From an uncultured Clostridia bacterium (lineage in GTDB: Bacteria; Bacillota; Clostridia; TANB77; CAG-508), in NCBI GenBank assembly GCA_944386355.1, contig CALXAU010000003.1:1-40761 (forward strand): a DNA stretch of 40,761 bases. Reading direction: 5' to 3'. Position 1 is the first letter of the stretch, and each line of letters begins with the position of its first letter. The translations under genes were made by a program, and so were the position numbers. The notes under the pieces are model-generated. The model saw only the letters and a program-made list of their open reading frames with translations. It searched no databases and was not told where the DNA came from. This document shows, in pieces, positions 29,048-38,777 of this stretch.

Positions 29048-29072
29048 AAAAAAATAGAGCCTATTAAGGCTC
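29048..29072 (-). terminator. Intrinsic terminator of iscS
   Basis: GAGCCT-TAAT-AGGCTC then TATTTTTTT on the minus strand. Confidence 0.75.
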
Positions 29073-30194
29073 AATTATTTGTTCTAAACAATCTACTAAA
29101 TAATCTACATCTTCTTTAGTATTAAAATCTCCAAAAGAAATTCTAATAGCACTATTTGCATATTTACTTTCTAACCCAAGAGCTGTTAATACATGTGATG
29201 GAGAATCAGAACCAGAAGAACATGCAGAACCACCAGAAGCACAAATTCCTTTTTCATCTAATTTTAGTAATAGTTCTGAAGCATCAATTCCTTCAAATGA
29301 AATATTAGCATTTCCTGGTAATCGATTTTCCATTGTACCATTTATTCTTATATTAGGTATTTTTTGTTGCACTTTTTCTATATAATAATCTCTTAATGAT
29401 GTTAATTTTTTCATATATACAGGAAGATTTTTTTTAGCTATGTCACAAGCTTTTCCTAATGCAACTATACTAGCTACATTTTCAGTTCCTGCTCTTTTAT
29501 CTCTTTCCTGATGTCCTCCATTCATAAACTTTTCAAAATCTATTCCTTTTTTCACATATAAAGCGCCAACTCCTTTTGGAGCATATATTTTATGTCCTGA
29601 TAAAGATAATAAGTCAATACCCATTTTTTCAACTGAAATTGGTATATTTCCAGCTGCCTGTACTGCATCTGTATGAAATATAATGTTATTTGCTTTTGCA
29701 ATTCTAGAAATTTTTTCAATTGGTTGTATTGTTCCTATTTCATTATTAGCAAGCATTATACTTATTAAAATTGTGTCTTCTCTTATACTATTTTTTAATT
29801 CTTCTATATCTATTATTCCGTTTTTATCAATATTTACATAAGTTATATCAAATCCTTTTTCACTTAAATTTTCACATGTATTTAATATTGCTGTATGTTC
29901 AATTTTGGAAGTTATTATATGCTTTCCTTTGTGTTTATTTGCATATGCTATCCCTTTTAAAGCTGTATTATCACTTTCAGAACCACAACTTGTAAAATAT
30001 ATCTCATAAGGCTTTGCTCCTATTAGTTCTGCTACTTGTTTTCTAGCTTCTTCAATTGCTCTTTTTGCAGTTCTTGCTATACTATATATTGAAGACGGGT
30101 TTCCATATTCTTTACTTAAATATGGAAACATTGCATTTAAAACTTCTTCTTTTATAGGTGTTGTTGCACTATTGTCAAAATATCTTATTTGCAC
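29064..30194 (-). CDS. iscS: Cysteine desulfurase IscS/NifS
   Basis: YFDNSATT, GNPSS, NNEIGT, HTDAVQ, SGHKIY.PKG, RAGTEN, SGGSACSS. Confidence 0.95.
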   Translation of the reverse strand: MQIRYFDNSATTPIKEEVLNAMFPYLSKEYGNPSSIYSIARTAKRAIEEARKQVAELIGAKPYEIYFTSCGSESDNTALKGIAYANKHKGKHIITSKIEHTAILNTCENLSEKGFDITYVNIDKNGIIDIEELKNSIREDTILISIMLANNEIGTIQPIEKISRIAKANNIIFHTDAVQAAGNIPISVEKMGIDLLSLSGHKIYAPKGVGALYVKKGIDFEKFMNGGHQERDKRAGTENVASIVALGKACDIAKKNLPVYMKKLTSLRDYYIEKVQQKIPNIRINGTMENRLPGNANISFEGIDASELLLKLDEKGICASGGSACSSGSDSPSHVLTALGLESKYANSAIRISFGDFNTKEDVDYLVDCLEQIIEP

Positions 30195-30309
30195 TATATC
30201 CCCTCCTTTTTTGTTTTTTCTTTATATTATATTCTTCAAATTTTTAAATGATTAATAGATATTAATATATAAACACCTTCAATAGTTTTATCAATAGGTT
30301 ACAAAACCT

Positions 30310-31167
30310 TTATTCTTTCATAATATTTTTTATTTTTTCTAAATTATTTTGCACTGCCATATATCCATATTTATAACAACTATCTAATTTTTCTACATCT
30401 AATAAACCTGTTTTATCTGTAGATACAGTTAAAATATAATCACTATTTTCTAAACTTTGTTCAGATATTTTATTTCCCATAATGTCTATTGTTCTCATTG
30501 CAATATCCATTATATTACTTTCACTATCTATATTATCAGCCTTAAAATTCACAGCAATTACTTTATCTGCACCTTGTTTTCTTACTTCTGTAACTGGTAT
30601 ATTATCCAAAGCTCCACCGTCCAAAAATTTATGATTCTTAAACTCACACGGACAAAATATTGCTGGAAAACTACTGCTTGCTCTTACAGCTTTCCCAACT
30701 GTAATATCAGTAATATACTGACTTTTATCTTCTGCATTATATGGAATATAATTAGTAAATACATATTCTTTTGCTTTTGTAATATCTACTGACGGTATAA
30801 CTAGTGGCATTTCGATGTCTGATATATTTTTTATTCCTTTTTTATCTGCCAAATCATTATATGCTTTTTCAATATTTTCTCCTGTTCTTAGTCCAGATAT
30901 TGTTAATTTCTTATTTATCATATAATTCCCTATGCCTGATATTATCGGATTTGTGTGTCCCACTACTATATCTTTTGCATATCTTTTAAACAATATGTAT
31001 ATATAATATGGTGTGTATCCCATTGCATATAAAGAGGCAATAAGTCCTCCTGAACTTGTTCCTCCGATTATATCCACTTTTATATTATTGTCATCTAATG
31101 CTTTTAACACTCCTGCATGTGCAATTCCTCTAATTCCTCCACCTGATAAAGCTACTCCTAATTTCAA
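30310..31167 (-). CDS. Patatin-like phospholipase
   Basis: LSGGGIRG, GTSSG, DGG. Confidence 0.92.
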   Translation of the reverse strand: MKLGVALSGGGIRGIAHAGVLKALDDNNIKVDIIGGTSSGGLIASLYAMGYTPYYIYILFKRYAKDIVVGHTNPIISGIGNYMINKKLTISGLRTGENIEKAYNDLADKKGIKNISDIEMPLVIPSVDITKAKEYVFTNYIPYNAEDKSQYITDITVGKAVRASSSFPAIFCPCEFKNHKFLDGGALDNIPVTEVRKQGADKVIAVNFKADNIDSESNIMDIAMRTIDIMGNKISEQSLENSDYILTVSTDKTGLLDVEKLDSCYKYGYMAVQNNLEKIKNIMKE

Positions 31168-31244
31168 TAATACACCTTCTTTCTTTTGATAGTATTATTT
31201 ACTATTTTGTATGCACTTAATCATATTTTTGTGATTTTATATAA

Positions 31245-31305
31245 TTGCTTCAAATTATATAAATATATCATTATATAGAATATTTTTAAAGCTGTGGATT
31301 GTAAC
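31245..31305. repeat. Family A element, right-arm fragment
   Basis: CTTCAAATTATATAAATATATCATT...AGAATATTTTTAAAGCTGTGGATTGTAAC matches 15928-15989. Confidence 0.75.
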
Positions 31306-31411
31306 AAAATGTTTCTTTTGAAAATAAAATATTTAGTATTTATTTTCACTTTAACTTTAGAAACTAAAAAGAGATTATTTACTCATATTAATGGTAAATA
31401 ATTCTCTTTTC

Positions 31412-33160
31412 TTATTCATTTATTTCATTAATTGTTGCTGTATAATAGAATTCTCCAAATCCATAAGTTATTTTAAAATATTTATCTATAAAAAATGGTT
31501 GTACATTATCTGCAAATGTATAAATAGGTTCTACTATAATATCTCCATTTTCGTTAATTACTCCCCATTTACCATTTTGTTTTATTCCCGCAAATCCATA
31601 CTCATTAAATTCTGTTACTTTTTCATATATTGGTTGTACTTTTATATTTCCTTCTTTATCAGTAAATCCCCATTTTTCATCTATTTTTGATGCAAATAAA
31701 CTATTTTCACTAAATATTTGTGTATTTTTTTCCTCTACTCCTTCTTTTGTTATATAATGAGTTTCTTCATTATTATATAATTTTATAAATTCTTTATATT
31801 TTTCTAAAGTTGCATTTTTTAGTTCACATATTTTTTGTAATTTATTTGTATATAATGTTGTTAAATTTTCTTTAGACTTTGTTGTTTGTACAATTGTTGT
31901 ATCTTGAACTTTTTGAACTGAGTCATTATCTATTGGTACTACTTCTTCTCCTTTTGAGTTTACAACTCCTAATTTTCCATTTTCTGAGCTGGCAATAAAG
32001 AAATCATCAAATAAATATTCTAAATAATTATATGTTGGTTTTATTATTTCTTTTCCTTCTTTATCTAATAGTCCATATAATGTCTGATTATTTTCATTAC
32101 TTATAAGTATTATATAATTTTCGTTATCAGTATTTAATTTGGCTGTATTTACATCTGTTTTTACTTCATTTCCTTCTTTATTAAATACTGTTGTTCCTTC
32201 TTCTTTTTGAGCATACAAATACATTCCTGTTGAGTCAATTTGTTCATATTCTACTGGAATAATAGTTTTTCCTTCCATATTAACTACTCCATATTTTTTG
32301 CTCTTTTCAACTATCATTACATCATTTGTTTCATCATATCTTATTGATTGATACTCATTATTTACTATTTGATTTTTGTTTTTAAATATTCCACATTGTC
32401 CATTTTTTGATGCTATTAAATATACATTTTTATCATCTTCTTTTTCTACTATTCTTGTTATATCATTATATTCTGTCTCTAAAATTGTATCTCCATTTTG
32501 AGCTATATATCCATATCTATATCCGTCTTGAGTTTTTACATTTACAATATACCCAGCATTTTTATAACTATCTTCTTCTTTATAGTATCCATCTACTGCA
32601 ATTTCTTCATATTCAATTGGCACTAAGTTATTTCCTTTTATGTTTATTATTCCATATTTATCATTTTGTTTTACTATTAATTCCCCTTCTTTATATGGCA
32701 AACTATCGATTTCTTCATAAATTGGTTTTGTAACTTGTTTTCCGTCTAAATTTAAAAGACCATACTTGCCTTCTTTTTGATATTTTACAACTGTTTTTTC
32801 ATACATTAAATCACTAGCAATATTTTTTAACCTTATTGCTTCTATATTATCATAATTAGAAATAAACTCACCATTTATTTGCAATTGTCCTTTATTATCT
32901 GAATAACATACAAAAACTTGTATTTCTGGATTTGGTATTACAACAGTTTCATAATCTGGCTCTAAAATTATTTTTCCTTTTTTATCTATTACACCATATT
33001 TATCATTTTCCTGCATTACAAAATAATTATATTCTTTTATTTCTGGAATTTCATATTCTCTTCCTTCTTCTTTTACTTTATTTATTATAAATACTGTAAG
33101 TAGCGAAATTATTGCGATTAAAATTATTATACATAAAACTATTTTTATTTTTTTATTCAT
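31412..33160 (-). CDS. Membrane-anchored WG/KWG-repeat protein
   Basis: N-terminal TM and many KYG(V/I)(I/V)(D/N)xxG...P.Y repeats, with KWG repeats at the C-terminus. Confidence 0.88.
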   Translation of the reverse strand: MNKKIKIVLCIIILIAIISLLTVFIINKVKEEGREYEIPEIKEYNYFVMQENDKYGVIDKKGKIILEPDYETVVIPNPEIQVFVCYSDNKGQLQINGEFISNYDNIEAIRLKNIASDLMYEKTVVKYQKEGKYGLLNLDGKQVTKPIYEEIDSLPYKEGELIVKQNDKYGIINIKGNNLVPIEYEEIAVDGYYKEEDSYKNAGYIVNVKTQDGYRYGYIAQNGDTILETEYNDITRIVEKEDDKNVYLIASKNGQCGIFKNKNQIVNNEYQSIRYDETNDVMIVEKSKKYGVVNMEGKTIIPVEYEQIDSTGMYLYAQKEEGTTVFNKEGNEVKTDVNTAKLNTDNENYIILISNENNQTLYGLLDKEGKEIIKPTYNYLEYLFDDFFIASSENGKLGVVNSKGEEVVPIDNDSVQKVQDTTIVQTTKSKENLTTLYTNKLQKICELKNATLEKYKEFIKLYNNEETHYITKEGVEEKNTQIFSENSLFASKIDEKWGFTDKEGNIKVQPIYEKVTEFNEYGFAGIKQNGKWGVINENGDIIVEPIYTFADNVQPFFIDKYFKITYGFGEFYYTATINEINE

Positions 33161-33314
33161 TTTTACTTTTTCCTTTCTCCCTATGAAATAAATCTATTTG
33201 GAAAAGATTTAACCTTTTTATCTTTCCACTTTAGATAGTTATAATTATTATTTTATTATTTGCATATAATTCATGCTAAATTCAAGGAAACTTAACCTTT
33301 TTATATAGGAAGTT

Positions 33315-34637
33315 TTAATGTTCTTTTTCTTCTTTCTCTTCTGGTATATTATTTTTACATGCCTTTACTTTTACAATTCTTTTATCCTCATATTCTTCAA
33401 TTTTGTATGTTACGCTTTCAGTTTCTATAATTGGAGTTTCCTCATCTTCTGGAATTCTTCCCATTTTTTCTTGTAAAAATCCTGATAAAGTGTCATAATC
33501 TCCTTCTGGAATTTTTGCACCTATTAATTTATTTACATCATATATAGGCATACTGCCACTAATTAAATAAGTATTTTCATCTAATTTTTCATATTCTTGC
33601 TCTATTTTATCATATTCATCATAAATGTCTCCAACTAACTCTTCTAAAATATCTTCCATAGTAACAATTCCAGCTGTTCCACCATATTCATCAACAATTA
33701 CTGCCATTTGCTTTTTATTTTTTTGAAGTTCCTTAAATAGTTCATTTATTAATTTATTTTGTGGTACAAAATATGCTTCTTTCATTATACTTTTTATTTT
33801 AATAGTTTTTTTATTCATGTTTTTTAATACATCTTTTACATATAAAATACCTTTTATTTCATCTATTGTTTCATCATATACTGGTATTCTACTATATCTA
33901 TAATCTTCTTTTGCCATATCTTGAATTATATCTTCTATTTTTGAATTAATATCTATACCAAATATATCTGTTCTGTGTGTCATTATTTCTGAAACAGTAA
34001 TATCATTAAATTCAAAAACATTGTTTATTAATTCTCTTTCTTCTTCTCCTATTGTTCCCTTTTCTTCTCCTTGGTCTACCATCATTTTTATTTCTTCTTC
34101 TGTTACAATTTCTTCTTCACTTTCTCCTACTCCAAATAATTTAGAAATCATATTTGTTACAAATGTTAATAATTTTACAAATGGTAATGTTAGTATAGAA
34201 AGAGCTCTTATTACAGAAATTGTTCCAAAAGCTATTTTTTCATAATTTTTCATAGCAATTCTTTTAGGAACAAGTTCTCCTAAAACAAGTGTAAAAAATG
34301 ATAAAATTATAGTTATTAATATTATAGATACACTTTTCCATACTCCTAAACTTATCATAGGAAACCATGTATTTAAAACTGGTGCTAGCTTGTCTGCAAA
34401 TGCATCTGATGCAAAAGCACTAGACAAAAATCCTGCAAGAGTAATTCCTATTTGTATAGTTGCTAAAAATTTACTTGGACTTTTTAACATTTTCTGAATT
34501 TGTTTTGCTTTTTTATTTCCTTCTTTAGCTTGTTTTTCTATCTTGGCATCATTTAAAGAAATATATGCTATTTCACTAGCTGCAAAATAAGCATTAAATA
34601 AAATTAATACCAGTAGTATAAATAATTGTGATAACAT
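33315..34637 (-). CDS. HlyC/CorC (CNNM) family transporter with CBS domains
   Basis: FAASEIA, FLATIQIGIT, GELVPK, YSRIPVY, VDEYGGTAGIVTMEDILEELVG. Confidence 0.93.
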   Translation of the reverse strand: MLSQLFILLVLILFNAYFAASEIAYISLNDAKIEKQAKEGNKKAKQIQKMLKSPSKFLATIQIGITLAGFLSSAFASDAFADKLAPVLNTWFPMISLGVWKSVSIILITIILSFFTLVLGELVPKRIAMKNYEKIAFGTISVIRALSILTLPFVKLLTFVTNMISKLFGVGESEEEIVTEEEIKMMVDQGEEKGTIGEEERELINNVFEFNDITVSEIMTHRTDIFGIDINSKIEDIIQDMAKEDYRYSRIPVYDETIDEIKGILYVKDVLKNMNKKTIKIKSIMKEAYFVPQNKLINELFKELQKNKKQMAVIVDEYGGTAGIVTMEDILEELVGDIYDEYDKIEQEYEKLDENTYLISGSMPIYDVNKLIGAKIPEGDYDTLSGFLQEKMGRIPEDEETPIIETESVTYKIEEYEDKRIVKVKACKNNIPEEKEEKEH

Positions 34638-34710
34638 TTTTTTCTCCTCTATTTTTTGTTTATTTTATAAAACATGTAATTATTCATATTTGTACTTATT
34701 TTTTGTATAT

Positions 34711-34815
34711 TAGCAATGATATATTTTGTATTATAGAAACCTTTCTAGAAAATGTTTTAACTCATATGAATTTCATTTTCTTGAATGGAGATTACATAAA
34801 AATATATAATTTGCT
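34711..34815. repeat. Family A element, core fragment
   Basis: CTTTCTAGAAAATGTTT...GAATTTCATTTTCTTGAATGGAGATTAC matches 16139-16190 and the 15797 core. Confidence 0.7.
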
Positions 34816-34834
34816 CTCTATATCATTTTTACTG

Positions 34835-35530
34835 CTATAAATTGTAAATAAAGCATACAATACAAAATAAAATTATTGGTATTATTGTTGTTAGATACAA
34901 ACTGTAATTTACACATTTTATTCCTACTTTATTTAATTCATCATAGTTTTCTATTATTTTTTTTATTTCATTTTCATCTGAGATTTTTACTTCTTCTAGA
35001 TATTCTTTTGCTAAAAACCTTGCTTTTATCATTGCATCATTTTCTAAATATGTTCTTATAATATAATAAATAAAAGCCATTATAAATAATGTTATTAATA
35101 AGAAGTTTTTTATGTGTAAATTAAATATTAATTGTAAAATGATTATTATAAAAGAAAATATAAAGTATAAATTTGAAAAAAAGAAATTAAAATATAAAAG
35201 CTTTTTATCTTGTATAGAATGTATACATTCATGTGCTATAGTTTGTATTTTTGTATATGTATTTTCGATATCTCCTAATTCTATTTTGTTAGATACAACT
35301 ATATACATACAAGATTTACTTTCTTTTGATTCTTCTATTTTAACTTCATTATTTTTTAATTTTCTTAAAAAGTATTCACAAATTATTCTATTTTGTGGAT
35401 ATTTTTTCATTTTTTCATCTAATTCTTTATTTTTTCCTATTTCTTTTGCTTGTTTAAAAGATATTGAAAAAATAATTTTTAATAAATATGTTGTAATAAT
35501 TATTAAAATAATTACAAATAAATAATACAT
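34835..35530 (-). CDS. Membrane protein, putative zinc metallopeptidase
   Basis: IAHECIHSIQD (HExxH), downstream LENDA, several TM helices. Confidence 0.65.
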   Translation of the reverse strand: MYYLFVIILIIITTYLLKIIFSISFKQAKEIGKNKELDEKMKKYPQNRIICEYFLRKLKNNEVKIEESKESKSCMYIVVSNKIELGDIENTYTKIQTIAHECIHSIQDKKLLYFNFFFSNLYFIFSFIIIILQLIFNLHIKNFLLITLFIMAFIYYIIRTYLENDAMIKARFLAKEYLEEVKISDENEIKKIIENYDELNKVGIKCVNYSLYLTTIIPIILFCIVCFIYNL

Positions 35531-35561
35531 TTTTCTACCTCTAAAATCTAGCTTTATTAGC

Positions 35562-35900
35562 TTATCCTTTTATAATATCTTTAATACTTTCACCTATAAT
35601 TTTATTTACATCTGCAATTAATATATTAAATTTTGTTTCTGCATCAAAATATTTTTTTGCAACTTCATCTTGTACTAGTTCTGAAAAGAGTTCTTTTGCA
35701 GATTTTAACTTTTCTTCATCTTGCTTTCCTGTCTGCATTTGTACTATTTGCGTTTCATATCTCATAGTTTCAAATTTTCTGATTTTCTCTTTTAATTCTT
35801 TATTTAAATTTATTACTTCTTTTGCCATTTTGAAGTTTTGATATTCTTCTGATTGTTTTATTTCTGATGCAAGTTTATTTGCTGTATCATATATATTCAT
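35562..35900 (-). CDS. YlbF/YmcA family regulator
   Basis: MNIYDTANKLASEIKQSEEY...YFDAE.KF...DVNKII. Confidence 0.88.
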   Translation of the reverse strand: MNIYDTANKLASEIKQSEEYQNFKMAKEVINLNKELKEKIRKFETMRYETQIVQMQTGKQDEEKLKSAKELFSELVQDEVAKKYFDAETKFNILIADVNKIIGESIKDIIKG

Positions 35901-35953
35901 ATTTTTTTATTGTCTTATATAGACTTTTTTCTCCTTTCAAAAAAATTTAACTT

Positions 35954-37045
35954 TTAAGCATTATTTTCTGTTTCATTTGTTGAATTTATTTCTTCATTTC
36001 CTTCTATTTCAACATCTGCATTTTTAGGGCAGATGTGTACAAATGTATTTCCGTCATTTACTTCTATTTCATTTCCTTCTAAATCTTTATATGTAGTTTT
36101 TTCATCTCTTTCATTTTTTATGCATTGAATTTTTACTGCTCTTCCATTTGTTATATAATAACCTTCAAATGTTCCTATATTTTTTAATCCTTGTCTACCT
36201 TTGTTTTCTTTATCTGTTAAAGTATAATTATCGCAAAATGTTATTATTATATTTTTGGTTGTAATATCTTCTTTACTATACCAATCTGTTTGTTCTTTTC
36301 CTCTTGCATATCTTTTATATACTTTTTTTTCTGTGTCATATTGGTATTGTACTTTTTCTAAATCTGAATGAGGTATAGTTATTTTTGAAGCTATTCTTCC
36401 TTCTTCTAAGTTCACTTCGTCTGTTACATAATTTAGTACACTTTCTTCTTTAGATGTTGTTCTATATCCTTTGTTTTCAGCAATTTCTAGTATTGATTTT
36501 GTGTTTGTTACAACATTATGTGGTGCATATTTATCTTTTACTCTCCAGAAATTATCACTACTTTCTGATATTCCATTTATATTATCTACACTATATTTTT
36601 TTATATCACTTTCTGCTTGTGGACTCCAGCCAAAATGTGTATATATTGCATCATTTTCTAATGCATAATCTAGAAAATAGTGTCTTGCACTTCTTACAGG
36701 CCCTATTTTATCTATGTCTACACCTTTAAATAAGGCCATTAATCTTGTTTCCCCACCTTCTACTATTATTTCATATACCATATATGCATCATTTAAACCT
36801 GCTTGAGGCCAAGCTTGATTATGATTATCTATCATTACTGCTATTGGTCTGTCATTCCCATTAAATATTTGTACTTCTTTTGCTTCTATTTGCGCTGTTA
36901 ATATATTATTTTCTTTTTCTGTTCCTTGAGATATTGTTTGTGTTTTTTCTTTATTTTTCAATGTTATATATCCTACATATACACCTGCAATTATTATTAA
37001 TATTATTACAATTACTATTAATATTTTTATCCCTATATTTTTCAT
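35954..37045 (-). CDS. DUF3048 (YerB-like) membrane-anchored protein
   Basis: RPIAVMIDN, PQAGL, VYEIIVEGGETR, GPVRSAR, APHN. Confidence 0.88.
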   Translation of the reverse strand: MKNIGIKILIVIVIILIIIAGVYVGYITLKNKEKTQTISQGTEKENNILTAQIEAKEVQIFNGNDRPIAVMIDNHNQAWPQAGLNDAYMVYEIIVEGGETRLMALFKGVDIDKIGPVRSARHYFLDYALENDAIYTHFGWSPQAESDIKKYSVDNINGISESSDNFWRVKDKYAPHNVVTNTKSILEIAENKGYRTTSKEESVLNYVTDEVNLEEGRIASKITIPHSDLEKVQYQYDTEKKVYKRYARGKEQTDWYSKEDITTKNIIITFCDNYTLTDKENKGRQGLKNIGTFEGYYITNGRAVKIQCIKNERDEKTTYKDLEGNEIEVNDGNTFVHICPKNADVEIEGNEEINSTNETENNA

Positions 37046-37089
37046 CTTTATTGTGTTCCTTTCTTTTTTAGTGTTTTCTATAAGTTGCT

Positions 37090-37560
37090 TTATCTATTAA
37101 TTTTTAATTCATTTAGTATTTTTTCTTCTTTTGGTCTCATTTGTTTTTTATCTTCTTCTTTTATATGGTCGTATCCCATCAAATGGTAAAAACCATGAAC
37201 CACCATATAACTTAATTCTCTTTCAAAACTATGTCCATATTCTTTTGCTTGCTCTTCAACTCTTGGTATAGAGATTATAATATCTCCTAAAATATCTTCA
37301 TATTTAAAATCTTGCTTTGCAATTTTTTTGTCTATTTCTACTTTTTCAAACATAGGAAAAGAAAGTACATCTGTTGGCTTGTCTATATTCCTATATTCAT
37401 TGTTTATTTTTTGGATTGTATCTAAATCTGTTAGTGTTACTGTTATTAGTAAATTTGAATTTTCTATTTTTTCTTCTTTATAACATGCCTCTAGTACTTT
37501 TTTTATTGTTTGTTCATATTCTTGTTTTTCTTCTATATTTTCATATATTATTTCATACAT
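37090..37560 (-). CDS. ybeY: rRNA maturation endoribonuclease YbeY
   Basis: PTDVLSFP, LGDIIIS, HGFYHLMGYDH. Confidence 0.95.
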   Translation of the reverse strand: MYEIIYENIEEKQEYEQTIKKVLEACYKEEKIENSNLLITVTLTDLDTIQKINNEYRNIDKPTDVLSFPMFEKVEIDKKIAKQDFKYEDILGDIIISIPRVEEQAKEYGHSFERELSYMVVHGFYHLMGYDHIKEEDKKQMRPKEEKILNELKINR

Positions 37561-38764
37561 GACTTTGCTCCTTAGTTTTAGTATATATTCCTTTAGAGTA
37601 ATATGTATTTTTTAGTTCTCTCATTGCTTTGTAATCTACTAATCTTCTTTTATAATATTTAGCTAATTTACTGTAATCTGTTTTACTATTTTGAATATGT
37701 TTTAAATCTTCTTTTACAAATATTATTTCTCTTCTTTTTGAAAACTCAAGATAATCTAGTTCTTTTCTTTGTGTAAGATCTTCATATTTCTTCCAGAATT
37801 TTTTATAGTTTTCTCTTTCTTTTTGGCTATCCCAATAAACTTTAGTTGAAAGTAATTTTATATTATAGTCTTCCATTAGATCTATTAACATTTGATAGGC
37901 CTTCTCCCTTTTTGTTGCAATTTTAGTATCTTGTACTAGACATCTTGCATCTTTCAATAATTTTTCATAGCATTGTTGTGCTACAACTAATGGTAAGCTA
38001 TGTGTAAATAATTTTCTACTAATTCCTAATAATATCATATTTTTCTCTATATTGTCTCTATTGTCTAGTTTTCCTACTGTGAAAGATTCATATTTTTTAT
38101 AATCTTCTTTTATTTCTTTTAATTCTTTTTGCTTGTTATATTTAATTTTTAAAGATACTATATTTTGTATATAGTCTTCTAATGTATAAAATATTTTAGT
38201 ATATATCCATTCTTTGCTTGAGTCGTATACATTTGTAGTATCTGCTAATTTGATAGAATAGTTTTTTAAAATTGCTTTGTATAACTCGTCCATTTTTGAT
38301 ATATAAAATTGTTCAAATTTTGATAAAATTTTTTCTTTGTTTGCTATTTTTATGCCTTCATAATCTAAATCTATTAAATATTTTTGTTTTCTGTTTTTAT
38401 ATTCTATATATTCTTTTTCTTTTAAACTTGTTACTTCATAATAGCTTGATAGTGCTTCTTTTTCAAAATCTGTTGCTGTTTGATTTCTTACTTTTTTATA
38501 TATTGAATCCATAACATATTTATCTAATGCCTCTAAATAATTTGTATATGCTGTTTCATATTTTTTTTCTATTTCTTCTGCATTATAATTTTTGGCGTCT
38601 TGCAAATTGTTTTCAAATGCTTTTAACATTGCATTTCTCTTTATAGTAATGAATACACTATTTATACCAATTTTTGTTGGTATAAATAGTTTTGTTAATG
38701 TTTTTGTTACTTTTTCAAAAAAATTCTTATTTGCTCCTGTAATTTTAAGACTTTTTTCTTCCAT
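37553..38764 (-). CDS. Hypothetical helical protein between yqfD and ybeY
   Basis: About 400-aa ORF, co-oriented and tightly packed with its neighbours; start uncertain (38788, 38773 or 38764). Confidence 0.75.
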   Translation of the reverse strand: MEEKSLKITGANKNFFEKVTKTLTKLFIPTKIGINSVFITIKRNAMLKAFENNLQDAKNYNAEEIEKKYETAYTNYLEALDKYVMDSIYKKVRNQTATDFEKEALSSYYEVTSLKEKEYIEYKNRKQKYLIDLDYEGIKIANKEKILSKFEQFYISKMDELYKAILKNYSIKLADTTNVYDSSKEWIYTKIFYTLEDYIQNIVSLKIKYNKQKELKEIKEDYKKYESFTVGKLDNRDNIEKNMILLGISRKLFTHSLPLVVAQQCYEKLLKDARCLVQDTKIATKREKAYQMLIDLMEDYNIKLLSTKVYWDSQKERENYKKFWKKYEDLTQRKELDYLEFSKRREIIFVKEDLKHIQNSKTDYSKLAKYYKRRLVDYKAMRELKNTYYSKGIYTKTKEQSHV

Positions 38765-38777
38765 GCTATTCATCCCT

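Noticed and set aside
33200-33314. Repeated TTAACCTTTTTAT within two weak hairpins
   Set aside because: Short and AT-rich; cannot be distinguished from chance or simple terminators
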